Below, piece after piece: positions 1-9,437 of a stretch of 64,000 nucleotides of DNA. The notes beneath the pieces are model-generated. The model was given only the letters and a program-made list of their open reading frames with translations, had not been told where the DNA came from and did no database searches. Positions within the stretch are counted from its first letter, which is position 1, and each line of letters begins with the position of its first letter. Made by a program: the position numbers and the translations under genes. This DNA comes from a virus (Duplodnaviria > Caudoviricetes), in the IMG/VR virus record IMGVR_UViG_3300049472_000168, positions 32,001-96,000 of that record, one strand, 5' to 3'.

Positions 1-69
1 ATATGTGAGTCTGTATGCTACCGCGCCTACGCCCAACCCTACCGCTGCTGCTACTAGTAAGTTGTCCAT
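1..69 (-). CDS. partial hypothetical protein with hydrophobic N-terminus (runs off left edge)
   Basis: ATG at 69 (MDNLLVAAAVGLGVGAVAY...), purine-rich AAGGAA upstream, promoter at 101-130. Confidence 0.55.
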   Translation of the reverse strand, partial: MDNLLVAAAVGLGVGAVAYRLTY

Positions 70-100
70 TTTATTTCCTTTGTTGTTTTTGAGAAGACCC

Positions 101-130
101 AGATTAACAGTGAGATCATTTTGTTGTCAA
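101..130 (-). promoter_or_regulatory. sigma70-like promoter TTGACA-N18-TAATCT
   Basis: -35 at 125-130, -10 at 101-106; the -10 also matches the AATCT late motif. Confidence 0.6.
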
Positions 131-2208
131 CACATTAGGGAAGATACCGAAGATTTTCCATCAGATGAAACGATATCAATAGTCTGATTAAATAGACCCT
201 GGAACTCCGTGGCGTGATCGATGACAAGGACCAATCTATCTCCAGCATAGGAGCCCAGCATTTCGAGACAACTTTCCTTGGAGACCCTACCGAGTCCATC
301 AAACGATTCGTCCAATACAAGCCATCCCGGATAGGATCCGCGACGTTTCGCGATGACTTCACCTACGGCTAGGTCTACTGCTAGCTTCACAGCCGACTGC
401 ATACCTCCGCTGAGACCAGACCTGAAATCTACTATTTTGCCTCCACAGACGACAACAGGAGAAATCCTCCTCTGCGAATTCCCTGAAGCCGATTCCTTCT
501 CCGATACAAATCCAAAGGTCAGATGCCTGACATTTGCGACCTTAGCCAGGATGTCGTTTGTTGCCGCCGAGATTTCATCCAAGATTTCATCGAAGATGAC
601 CCCGAGAAATCCAGTCCTGCCGACTAGGTCGGATAAATCTGATTCAGCCGACATCTCCGCCGAGACCTCGCTGTACTCCAGACTTAGAATATCTCTGATC
701 CTTTTGACCTGTAGATTTCTGGCGAAGGTCTTCTCTGCTGAAGAAATCTGGAATCGAATTATTCCGATATCTGAGCTAATCTGAGATACTAGGTCCTCTC
801 CTGATCTGATCTGCTTCTCGATTTGAGCTATTGATTCCGTACCGCCCGCAGCAGTCGTGATTAGTTCGTTGTTATATTCCTGATTGATTATCTTGGATTC
901 TTCTCTTAGCTTAGCAATCTCGGAGTCCAAGATTTGTTTATGACTATCTCTGGTTTCTTTGATCTGATTCTCGATGTCTCTAATCTTGGATTCGACTGGA
1001 CCCGTATCGACTGTAGTCGTGGGACTGACCAATAATCCTTCAAGAATCGTAGAGGCCTCTCCCCCAAGGGCTGCCTTCTGGAGACACTCTTTGCCTTGTA
1101 ATTTAATCGATTCGATCTCGGAATTAATCTTCTCTAGTTCATTCTCCGTACCATGTAACCATGGGGCCTTACAGGTCGGACATTTAGCGGCAAGTATCTC
1201 TACCTTTTTAGCCTTCAAAAGAGTGAGAGTCGATTTGAGTTCTATCGCTTTTTTCTTGGCGGAGGTGCCATCCCAAATCTTGGATTGTAATTTAGCTTTG
1301 ATACCATGGAAGTCTTCTACGGCTTTCTTCTCTTCGGCCTGAAGTCGTTTTAATTCTGACCTGGCCTCAGCTAATCTGAACTCCAGATCTCCTAACGCAG
1401 GGGCCATTCTGAGAGTTGCTGAAATCTTCTCATTGACCTCGTTCAGCCTAGGAATAAACCGGGCTTTAACGTCCTCTTTCTCGGATTCGACTTGGACCTT
1501 TATTTTGTTCTTTTCTGTCGTAGCCGCTGCGATTGCAGCATTTGTATCTGACAGGCTCTTAGAAAGTCTAGCCATCTCAGAATTCAGAGCCGAGATATCT
1601 GGAGGCGTCTCCAGTGACTTGCAATTTTCCTCGGCTAGTTCTAGCTTTCCTTTGAGGACAGTCACCTGCTCTTTGAGAATTTTTGCCTTCTGTTGGGCGT
1701 CTGCGGAAATCTTCTCGTAGATCTCTAGCCCCAGGGTTTCGGTCAGAAACTCTTTTTTGTCGGCATCCGACATCGACAGGAACAAACCATCCTGACCCTG
1801 ACCTCGATAGGTCGTCAAGGCTCTTGTCTTGGCATCCATGCCGAATACTTTGTCTAGAACAGATTCTGCGGCCTTCCCTTTATGGACTTCTCCTCCTATT
1901 CTGACCTCAAGACCAGAACTACCCCTCTCTACTACGACCTCCCCAGAAGAGGTTTGAAGTATACCTCCGACTAGGATTGGCTCTTCTGAACCCCATGACT
2001 GTAGTTCTGTTCTAGGGAATGGGCAGCCTCCAAATAAATAGGAAAGAGCCAGGACTAGACTAGATTTTCCAGATGCCGAGGAATCTCCGGTATCCTTGTT
2101 GAGACCTCGGATCAGAGTCATTCCTGATTCAGGAAAAGAGACATCGAAAGGTTCCTGAAGGGAACGAAACGATCTGCCATATATTTTTGTGAGCTGGACC
2201 CAGTTCAT
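127..2208 (-). CDS. Rad50/SbcC-like ATPase (T4 gp46-like recombination nuclease subunit)
   Basis: Walker A SASGKSS, long coiled coil with central CPTC zinc hook, LSGG signature, Walker B LVLDE, H-loop IDH. Confidence 0.92.
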   Translation of the reverse strand: MNWVQLTKIYGRSFRSLQEPFDVSFPESGMTLIRGLNKDTGDSSASGKSSLVLALSYLFGGCPFPRTELQSWGSEEPILVGGILQTSSGEVVVERGSSGLEVRIGGEVHKGKAAESVLDKVFGMDAKTRALTTYRGQGQDGLFLSMSDADKKEFLTETLGLEIYEKISADAQQKAKILKEQVTVLKGKLELAEENCKSLETPPDISALNSEMARLSKSLSDTNAAIAAATTEKNKIKVQVESEKEDVKARFIPRLNEVNEKISATLRMAPALGDLEFRLAEARSELKRLQAEEKKAVEDFHGIKAKLQSKIWDGTSAKKKAIELKSTLTLLKAKKVEILAAKCPTCKAPWLHGTENELEKINSEIESIKLQGKECLQKAALGGEASTILEGLLVSPTTTVDTGPVESKIRDIENQIKETRDSHKQILDSEIAKLREESKIINQEYNNELITTAAGGTESIAQIEKQIRSGEDLVSQISSDIGIIRFQISSAEKTFARNLQVKRIRDILSLEYSEVSAEMSAESDLSDLVGRTGFLGVIFDEILDEISAATNDILAKVANVRHLTFGFVSEKESASGNSQRRISPVVVCGGKIVDFRSGLSGGMQSAVKLAVDLAVGEVIAKRRGSYPGWLVLDESFDGLGRVSKESCLEMLGSYAGDRLVLVIDHATEFQGLFNQTIDIVSSDGKSSVSSLMC

Positions 2209-2480
2209 TTAGTCCCTAATCCAGCAACACCACCAGCCAATGGGTCTGAATTCTTGACTCTCTCCTGAAAGAGCCTTTCCGCATCTGCCAGTCTCTCCAC
2301 AGCTCTGGCCATGCCTCCATTATCTAGTCGTTCCATTTTGGTTGCTCCAGGACCCGTACCAGACCGTATCATTTCTAGACCGCAGCTACAAGTTTTCTTT
2401 TCTTGAATGATATCATTCCATGTCGGAGCTAAGACTTTTGATGTCTTCCCGCATCCACAGACCAAATGGAAGAGAGCCAT
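2205..2480 (-). CDS. small zinc-ribbon protein
   Basis: CGCG...CSCG motifs; overlaps both neighbours. Confidence 0.6.
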   Translation of the reverse strand: MALFHLVCGCGKTSKVLAPTWNDIIQEKKTCSCGLEMIRSGTGPGATKMERLDNGGMARAVERLADAERLFQERVKNSDPLAGGVAGLGTK

Positions 2481-4291
2481 TACGGCCTTTCGTCAGCAAA
2501 GTTGTGGCCAATAGTTTTATTGAACTCTGCTGATTCCTTGGCTTCAGTCTTGTCTACTTCATGATCTCTGGGTTGAGCCACGACACCCCCTAAAGTACCG
2601 AAGAGGGTAGCAATAGAAATTGCATTCTTCAGAGCTTCACGGACAGCAGGAAAGCTGTCGTAGACCTCAAGGGCTTTTCCAGGAGCAACATTCCCTGTCG
2701 ATAACTCGACGATGAAGGCTTCGTCATTCATCGTTGCCGACTTCGACAATAATTTGACTGTATTTTCGATGGTATCCTCAGCAAAACCACAATTTCTCAT
2801 CAACCTCCGAGTCGGCTCGATCAAAGCAGGAACCAAGATTTCAGACAAAATTGAGTCTTCTCCGGATTCCTCGATAAGAGTCGAGGCCTTCAGCAGAGCC
2901 CAACCTCCACCGACTAGGACACCGGACTTAATTGCACCCCGAACGGCACAGACAGCATCTTCGGCGCGATCTCGTCGTTCCTTGACTTCGCCATTGCTGG
3001 ACCCAATCACCTTGAGCTTAGCGATACCTCCGGTCAGCTTGGCAAGTCTCTCGTCAATAAGGGTTCGTTCCAGTTCGGATTCTGCCTGGTCCCTTTGGGC
3101 CCTGACGACATCGGCTCTATCAATCAGGATGCCATCATCATAGATCCCAACCACCGTAGTTCGATATCTGGAGACCTCAATAGCTCTGACTCCACCCGGA
3201 TGCCAGAAAGAATCATCGCCTTCTGAAATGTTTCCGATACCATTAAATGTGGCTTCGTCCAGCGGGTTTGTAATCGGGTCATAGACCTCGGCTCCTACGA
3301 TTCCTCCTAGATCGTCCAGGAAATTTCGCTGAGCATTATGGACTGGTGAATTGTTCGGTACTAGTAGAGGAAATACATTGATGGACCCCGGAGATACCCA
3401 GTTGTTCATCAAACCAGCCAATACGGATTCACTGAATCCAGTAGCGACTACGACGAGATTTGGAGTCTTCAAATACTGAGTATCATAGGCCTCCTGGAGG
3501 CGCTGGAGGACCGGGACTAGAGTCTCGATGTCATTAACTCTTCCGAAATACAGCAAAAATGCAGGTTTCTCGATATGGACCTGTTGGAGATCTTGTCGGT
3601 TAATAAATGCCGAATAGAACCTCTGACAACTTTCCTCATATCCCATAGCGATGGGGTAGCCTTCGATCTTTTCGACCTCGTAGGAAGATACTCCGGACCC
3701 TTCTACGATTGTGACGTTGCCATCATCGCCACAGATATCAAAACATTTCATCACAGCATCGGCTAGGTCAGAATCTCCGTTACCGGAAATCTTAGCCACA
3801 GAACGCAGCAGAGATCTTCCTTCGTCAGATTCCAAATCGGCAGGAATAGCAAAGGACTTCAGTGCAGGGTCTAAGACCTCCCTAAAGGCCTTGTCGATCT
3901 TTCTGACAACGGACTGAGGACTGATCCTGGAATTAGACTCAGAGAATTTATAGGTCAGTCGAATCAAGGCTTCCGCCAGAACCGTTGCGGTTGTGGTTCC
4001 GTCGCCAGCCTCCGTAGCTGTACGAACCGAAGCATCTCGGGTTCCCTCCAGGATGCATTGTGCGATTGCGTCCTGGAATCCAAGATTCCTAAAAACCGTG
4101 ACGCCGTCCTTCGTGATGATCGGAGGTAGGTCATACTCCTGACGTTCGATCAGAACCGGATGTCCTCCAGGACCCAGAGTACCACCCACGATATTTGAAA
4201 TCGTGGCCATGGTGTCCAGGATTTTTGATTTCAGAGCAGGACCGCGACCCAGGATAATTTTTGAGGCAGATTTTGCCTTTACGTATTGCAT
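2480..4291 (-). CDS. groEL: GroEL-like chaperonin
   Basis: TLGPGG, ITKDGVTV, AGDGTTTATVLA, ERLAKLTGG, EDAVCAVRGA, VGGG motifs. Confidence 0.95.
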   Translation of the reverse strand: MQYVKAKSASKIILGRGPALKSKILDTMATISNIVGGTLGPGGHPVLIERQEYDLPPIITKDGVTVFRNLGFQDAIAQCILEGTRDASVRTATEAGDGTTTATVLAEALIRLTYKFSESNSRISPQSVVRKIDKAFREVLDPALKSFAIPADLESDEGRSLLRSVAKISGNGDSDLADAVMKCFDICGDDGNVTIVEGSGVSSYEVEKIEGYPIAMGYEESCQRFYSAFINRQDLQQVHIEKPAFLLYFGRVNDIETLVPVLQRLQEAYDTQYLKTPNLVVVATGFSESVLAGLMNNWVSPGSINVFPLLVPNNSPVHNAQRNFLDDLGGIVGAEVYDPITNPLDEATFNGIGNISEGDDSFWHPGGVRAIEVSRYRTTVVGIYDDGILIDRADVVRAQRDQAESELERTLIDERLAKLTGGIAKLKVIGSSNGEVKERRDRAEDAVCAVRGAIKSGVLVGGGWALLKASTLIEESGEDSILSEILVPALIEPTRRLMRNCGFAEDTIENTVKLLSKSATMNDEAFIVELSTGNVAPGKALEVYDSFPAVREALKNAISIATLFGTLGGVVAQPRDHEVDKTEAKESAEFNKTIGHNFADERP

Positions 4292-4311
4292 CGTTTCAAA
4301 CGATACCTAGC

Positions 4312-4593
4312 TCAGGCCTTGGTGTCAAGACCTTTTTGGAGGAGTCTTTCTTTTTCTTCAAACTCGGCAAAGAACGATTTCTTTCGGATCACAGCCGTCT
4401 CCGCTTCCTCACCGAGGTCAGATACCGCTTTGACGAAAACCTGGTCTAGCTTGTCCAGGGGATCAATTATTAATTTGACCTTCTCAAATACCTCTTCCTT
4501 CGTCGAGGCCTGAACCTCGAAAGCAGGAAGCTGACGACTGGACATCCAGCCGTTTGTTGTCGAGTTAATCTGAGCCTGAATCGTCCAGTACAT
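4312..4593 (-). CDS. hypothetical protein (leaderless)
   Basis: ATG 6 nt downstream of TTGACT-N16-TAAGGT (4600-4627). Confidence 0.6.
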   Translation of the reverse strand: MYWTIQAQINSTTNGWMSSRQLPAFEVQASTKEEVFEKVKLIIDPLDKLDQVFVKAVSDLGEEAETAVIRKKSFFAEFEEKERLLQKGLDTKA

Positions 4594-4699
4594 GACTTAA
4601 CCTTACCTGAATTAAAAATTAAGTCAAGAAGAACCTTGAGAGGAAAGGACTCCGGGTTCTCTTCTTTTCTTTCCGGATTCTTTTCTTCTATTAGAAGGT

Positions 4700-4883
4700 G
4701 GACATAATGTCCGCTTTTGAGGACATAATGTCCGCTTTTGAGGACATAATGTCCTACCCCATAGGACATCTTGTCCGCTTTTGAGGACATCTTGTCCGCT
4801 GTATATCTGTTCAGTAGAGGACAAGATGTCCGCTTTTGGAACATCGAGTCAAGGATTGAAGAGGACATAATGTCCGCTTTTGA
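4700..4883. repeat. iteron-like array, 7 copies of GGACAtaaTGTCCgcttttga; candidate replication origin
   Basis: copies start at 4700, 4721, 4742, 4764, 4785, 4819, 4863; palindromic core; at a strand switch upstream of initiator-like genes. Confidence 0.8.
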
Positions 4884-4921
4884 TTTGACATCAGACGGCA
4901 TCCGGATGTAATGTTTCTGTC

Positions 4922-5020
4922 ATGGTTGTTATCGTGATAGAGGTCTGCTTCGGCTGCAACCGAAGACGGTTCCGAATCAATACAAAATCCAAATGTCCTT
5001 GGTGCGGATTCCAGTGGTAA
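4922..5020 (+). CDS. 32-aa zinc-ribbon peptide
   Basis: MVVIVIEVCFGCNRRRFRINTKSKCPWCGFQW; TTGACA (4885)-N18-TAATGT, 7 nt before the ATG. Confidence 0.45.
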   Translation: MVVIVIEVCFGCNRRRFRINTKSKCPWCGFQW

Positions 5021-5111
5021 AAATCACAGAAGTCTGGGCTATGTGTATTGCTTGTGGAAAAGTATTTAACTGTATCTGCGACCGCAGCATACCTAAGAAG
5101 GTCATATCGGA

Positions 5112-5450
5112 ATGACGGCTCAAAAATGGTCCCCTTGGGGGGCTCCTCCTACTGAGGAATTCTTACAGGTACCTCATTTTTTGCCTCAAACCTTGCACAT
5201 CATGGGTTTCGGTCCAGCCGAAATCCTGGTAGTCTTTGCTATGGCTTCTGAGATCAGACCCGGAAAAAGTGAGGTCAAATCCTCCCAGAAACAATTGGCA
5301 AAATATGCAAATTGCACCTCTAGAACAGTACGAAGGGCTTTGACTAAGATGCAGACCCATGGTATGGTTACTAAAATCGGGGAATGCAATACCTATGACC
5401 TCAGGGACTTTTTCGATACCGTGTTAAAATTCAAGGAGACTCTAGATTGA
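5112..5450 (+). CDS. winged-HTH protein, replication-initiator N-terminal-like
   Basis: SQKQLAKYANCTSRTVRRALTKMQTHGMV HTH pattern; next to the repeat array. Confidence 0.7.
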   Translation: MTAQKWSPWGAPPTEEFLQVPHFLPQTLHIMGFGPAEILVVFAMASEIRPGKSEVKSSQKQLAKYANCTSRTVRRALTKMQTHGMVTKIGECNTYDLRDFFDTVLKFKETLD

Positions 5451-6487
5451 GTTTTGATGCCAAAGAAGCGTTTCAGGAGCTGGCGGATATCTGGCCTCTG
5501 AAAAGACGTAACAAAACCGTAGATTTTCAGATCTTCGAGTCCAGGGTTATGTCCCAGGAGGCATTTGAGAAGCTGCTCGAACGAGCAAAAATCGTTATCG
5601 AGGACGGTACGTCTCAGACATTGGCGATGTTTATCAGCTCGGAGACCAAGAAAGTATCCAAGAGTCCCGTTGCCTTGACCTCTCTGTATCCTACTGAACA
5701 GGATAGTCCTGAACTTCTCGAAGCCTTCGAGACCGTTTGGGCCCAATGGCCTCGCCATTTTTCGTGGCCAGAATCCAGGGAATCGGCTTTTTCGGGATTC
5801 CGTAGTTTTGTCAAGAAAAATGGTCTCTCCGGGGTTGTCGAGACCTGTAGCTTTTATGCTACAACGTTCAATGACCCGACATCAGGAATGATTCATCCCT
5901 ACCATCTTTCCAATTTCCTTGGAGACTCCTCGAAGTTTGCCGAATGGTCGGCCCGTGCTGTATTTGCACCGAGTCAGACTGATATCGAAGACTTCAATGC
6001 TGTCTGGGCCTGGTATCCGAGGGCAGGTGGTTCCGAAAAACAGAAGAAAGACGCCCTTCTTTTCTGGCTACGTCATGTCAAGCCGGAACAGAGATTTGAT
6101 TTCTTGGCTTCAGTGAAGTCCTACCACAGGGTCCTGAACGAGATCAAATATGCCAAGAATCTGATAGGATTCATCGGAGACTGGAAGACGTTTTTATCTT
6201 ACTCCAGTATTGCTGCGGATATCAGCAAAGGAATCCTGGAAATAGTTCCTGCCGAGGCCTGGAAGGGGCAGACTTTAATGAATCTGTCTTCTGGACTTAC
6301 CAATCAGGTCCTAGGACGGCTTCAATCTGGAACTACAAAAGGAAAGATCCAGGATACAATATCTGATATCTGTGCAGTCGTGGTCGAACAAAACAAAAAG
6401 CTGGGGTCAGACATAGTCTTGGACCCAGTCGAGGTCTACAATGCTGCATATCGACAGGCAGCGAAACCGCCTAAGACGGTAGCATGA
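5447..6487 (+). CDS. putative replication protein (replisome-organiser-like)
   Basis: three F-x-x-x-W-x-x-[WY]P-type repeats typical of phage replication protein C-terminal domains; coupled to the HTH gene. Confidence 0.55.
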   Translation: MSFDAKEAFQELADIWPLKRRNKTVDFQIFESRVMSQEAFEKLLERAKIVIEDGTSQTLAMFISSETKKVSKSPVALTSLYPTEQDSPELLEAFETVWAQWPRHFSWPESRESAFSGFRSFVKKNGLSGVVETCSFYATTFNDPTSGMIHPYHLSNFLGDSSKFAEWSARAVFAPSQTDIEDFNAVWAWYPRAGGSEKQKKDALLFWLRHVKPEQRFDFLASVKSYHRVLNEIKYAKNLIGFIGDWKTFLSYSSIAADISKGILEIVPAEAWKGQTLMNLSSGLTNQVLGRLQSGTTKGKIQDTISDICAVVVEQNKKLGSDIVLDPVEVYNAAYRQAAKPPKTVA

Positions 6488-6735
6488 AGTTTTCACAGGA
6501 TTGGATAGATGACTGCGTACGTTACTACGGCAAGGTCCTTGACGGAGATAAGGGGCATTGGTGTATGGATTGGGATGACCTCCCTATTGATGAGACATGT
6601 TCTGAATTCGATTGCTGTAATTGTGTTCTGCTGTCTCCGGAGTCAAAGGCTATTGTCGAAACTATGATCAGTAATCCTCCGGCTCCAACTGAAGCCTTGA
6701 TCGAGGCAGCCAGCCGTTTTAAGGAAACAAAATGA
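6484..6735 (+). CDS. hypothetical Cys-rich protein
   Basis: ORF overlapping neighbours; HWCxDWD...CxxFxCCxC. Confidence 0.55.
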   Translation: MKFSQDWIDDCVRYYGKVLDGDKGHWCMDWDDLPIDETCSEFDCCNCVLLSPESKAIVETMISNPPAPTEALIEAASRFKETK

Positions 6736-6904
6736 ACCAAACGACGAGTAAATCTGGAGGAATAATTCCAGTAGTAGTACAGAGTCCAGACGGGAAATAT
6801 AGGTTCAGTTGCTTCCACTGCGGAACCGGATATACAATCGAGGCTCCAGACGAAGAACCTCAGAAGCCTGAGCCGAAAAAGCGTAAACGCACCAAGAAAA
6901 AGAA

Positions 6905-7156
6905 ATGAGTTTAGAATCTCTAGACAGAAGACTCTTCCTACGAGGACTTACCCTGCTGAGTTCGGGGCTTGTCGTCCCTAGACCTTTCTTTAGTGTACCT
7001 CAGGTTCCGAAGACTGATGCAATGATATTTTTGGATTTGAAAGAAGCACTCATAGCAGGGGGTTGGATAAGTCGAGGTCAGATAGAGTATTTAGATCTCA
7101 GTAAAATGAGAAGAACAGTATTTGATTGCAGTGCCTTTGTTCTACTTTCTAAATGA
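6905..7156 (+). CDS. hypothetical protein with twin-arginine-like N-terminus
   Basis: DRRLFLRGL followed by a hydrophobic stretch. Confidence 0.5.
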   Translation: MSLESLDRRLFLRGLTLLSSGLVVPRPFFSVPQVPKTDAMIFLDLKEALIAGGWISRGQIEYLDLSKMRRTVFDCSAFVLLSK

Positions 7157-8655
7157 AACTAATTCTCAAGACTCCGGTCAAATTGCAACTCCCTCTGGAG
7201 TGGGTTGGGACCAAGGTAGAGCAAGACCTGAGAAAAGAACTCAGGTATGAAGACCTATCTGCCACCCACGAATGGAAACGCTGGAAAGAAATCCAGAAGG
7301 CCGACGACAAGAGACCAGGAACCCACTGGTTTGTGAGGAAAGAAGGACGTAAGGTCCTAGACGAGAAAGTAGAAGAACTCAATAGCCAAAGAATCAAAGA
7401 GGCTGTCTTTCTGGACAAATCCGGCAGACTCTATACCTATTCCGGACTGGCCAGGAGTCTATCCAAGAAATATGGCCTCCCGATAGCCAGAGAATATAAA
7501 TTGCCGGAACCCCAAATATTGGGGTGGGACAGGCCTCCACCTCCTCTTAGGCCTTACCAAAAGGAAGCAGTAGAACTTCTCTTAGCCGAAACTCATGCCG
7601 GAGTATCTCTGGCCACAGGCATGGGTAAGACCCTGTGTATCGCTGAGATCCTTAGAAGGATCGGAACCACTGGGGTAGTCGTAGTCCCTACCCTGTCGAT
7701 TGCCACCCAGATGTATGCCGACTTCTGCACCTGGTTCGGTAAAGGAAAGATCGGACGATTCTACGGAGGTAAAAAAGAATCGTCGAAGAGATTTGTTATC
7801 GCTGTATCCAAGTCTCTGACCGCCGTGGAGCCAGGTTCCAGAGAAGAGTCCGAACTGAAGTCAAAAGATGTCGTCTGTGGCGACGAATGTCATCTGCTTC
7901 CGGCTGAGACTCTGTCAAAAGTAATCCTTAGGCTCCTGTCAAAGGCTCCATATCGCTTCTTCTTTTCTGGGACCCATATCAGGTCTGACGGTCTCGATAC
8001 CGTATTGGAGGGAATCACAGGACCCGTAGTGATGTCCATGGATGTGGCCGACGGTGTCCGAGGAGGATTCCTGAGTGCTCCTCGATTTATCCAGTACAAG
8101 GTGTCCAGTCGTGAAAATTTTTATGCCACCGACAGCATAAAAATGAACCGGAGGCACCTCCACAGAAATCCTGTGGTCTATACCCATGTCGTAGCTCTGG
8201 TGAAGAAGGCAATAGAAAAGAAGAAGAGACCTCTAATCCTACTTGAGGAGATTTCTCAATTCCCTTATCTGGCTGAGCTGTCTGGGTTTAAACTAGGTTT
8301 TGCTCATGGCGGTCTTGATGCAAAGATGAAGACGAAGATCCCAGAAATCTACTGGAAGTCAGACCCCTTGGAAACCGTAAAGGCATTCGATGCCGGGGAG
8401 CTGGATATCCTTGTAGGCACCCAGTGTATCGGGACCGGAACAGATATTAAGACGGCTGACTTCATTGTTGACCTAGTTGGGCTTGCATCCGAGGTCAGAA
8501 TAAGGCAGAATGTAGGTAGGGGGACCCGTAGGTCACCTACAAAGGATTCATTTGTCTATATCGACTACGACATCCATAATATCAAGGTTTTGAGCCGTCA
8601 TGCCGAGAAGAGACGAAGCATTTTTGAATCAATTGGGCCAGTGAGAGTGATTTAA
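7153..8655 (+). CDS. SF2 DNA helicase (UvsW/XPB-like)
   Basis: LRPYQ, ATGMGKT, DECH, SGT, QNVGRGTR motifs. Confidence 0.92.
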   Translation: MKLILKTPVKLQLPLEWVGTKVEQDLRKELRYEDLSATHEWKRWKEIQKADDKRPGTHWFVRKEGRKVLDEKVEELNSQRIKEAVFLDKSGRLYTYSGLARSLSKKYGLPIAREYKLPEPQILGWDRPPPPLRPYQKEAVELLLAETHAGVSLATGMGKTLCIAEILRRIGTTGVVVVPTLSIATQMYADFCTWFGKGKIGRFYGGKKESSKRFVIAVSKSLTAVEPGSREESELKSKDVVCGDECHLLPAETLSKVILRLLSKAPYRFFFSGTHIRSDGLDTVLEGITGPVVMSMDVADGVRGGFLSAPRFIQYKVSSRENFYATDSIKMNRRHLHRNPVVYTHVVALVKKAIEKKKRPLILLEEISQFPYLAELSGFKLGFAHGGLDAKMKTKIPEIYWKSDPLETVKAFDAGELDILVGTQCIGTGTDIKTADFIVDLVGLASEVRIRQNVGRGTRRSPTKDSFVYIDYDIHNIKVLSRHAEKRRSIFESIGPVRVI

Positions 8656-9437
8656 TGATAGTAATTTTGTGCGGACAGGCCGGTTCAGGAAAGGATACTG
8701 TAGCCTCTATTTTGGCTAATAAAATAAATGGTGTCGCAATAGGTCAAGCAGATCCTCTGAAGTGGATTGCGGGGGACCTGTTCCCGTTTAATGATCAACA
8801 GCTATTCGGTCCTTCTGAGTGTAGGAATTTTGTTGACCCCGATCTAAAGGGGTTTGACTGTCTCAGCAAAAGGAAAGACGAAGCTAGATCTTGGTGTAAG
8901 AAGTTCTTTCCTGATCGTCTTGAAGAGGCCTGGGGAGGTCTCCAGGTCTGGAATCGTCAGATAATTGCACTATCTGAGAAGAAGAACGGGATCAGCCCCA
9001 GAATGGTTCTTCAGACACTAGGTACCGAATGGGGAAGAGCCCTTGATCCAGACGTATGGATACGGTTTGCTTGCGAACAAGCAACTCGTCTTACCTCCCC
9101 GGGGTTTCTTTACAGCCGGGAAGATGGAATGTGTGTGGTTCCGGAATTTGAAGGATTCAATATAGCCATCATTACAGATGGTAGATTCCGAAATGAAATA
9201 CAGGAAGTCAAATCCAGGGGCGGGATCGCAATTAGGGTGACGAGACAAGACCGAACCTTATCTGTTGCTGCCGATCTAGGCGGGCTCAAAGGACACGATT
9301 CAGAAGAGGACTTGAATCAAGTTGAGGATAGTTACTTTGATTCTGTTGTGATCAATAATTCGACAAAGCAACATCTCTACGAGGCCTCGATTGAGGCCTA
9401 TAACAGTGCGATGGGAAATAAATATAAATTAACATGA
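8655..9437 (+). CDS. deoxynucleoside monophosphate kinase (T4 gp1-like)
   Basis: GQAGSGKDT P-loop, ADPLK, RMVLQTLGTEWGR, ITDGRFRNE, HDSE. Confidence 0.9.
   Translation: MIVILCGQAGSGKDTVASILANKINGVAIGQADPLKWIAGDLFPFNDQQLFGPSECRNFVDPDLKGFDCLSKRKDEARSWCKKFFPDRLEEAWGGLQVWNRQIIALSEKKNGISPRMVLQTLGTEWGRALDPDVWIRFACEQATRLTSPGFLYSREDGMCVVPEFEGFNIAIITDGRFRNEIQEVKSRGGIAIRVTRQDRTLSVAADLGGLKGHDSEEDLNQVEDSYFDSVVINNSTKQHLYEASIEAYNSAMGNKYKLT

Noticed and set aside
4700-4883. CRISPR array
   Set aside because: Repeats are mostly directly adjacent with no unique 30-40 nt spacers, and no cas genes are present
4470-4901. ORFs 4470-4901 and 4624-4824 as real genes
   Set aside because: They are translations of the repeat array and overlap promoters; they could at most be a relic of an iteron-bearing initiator gene
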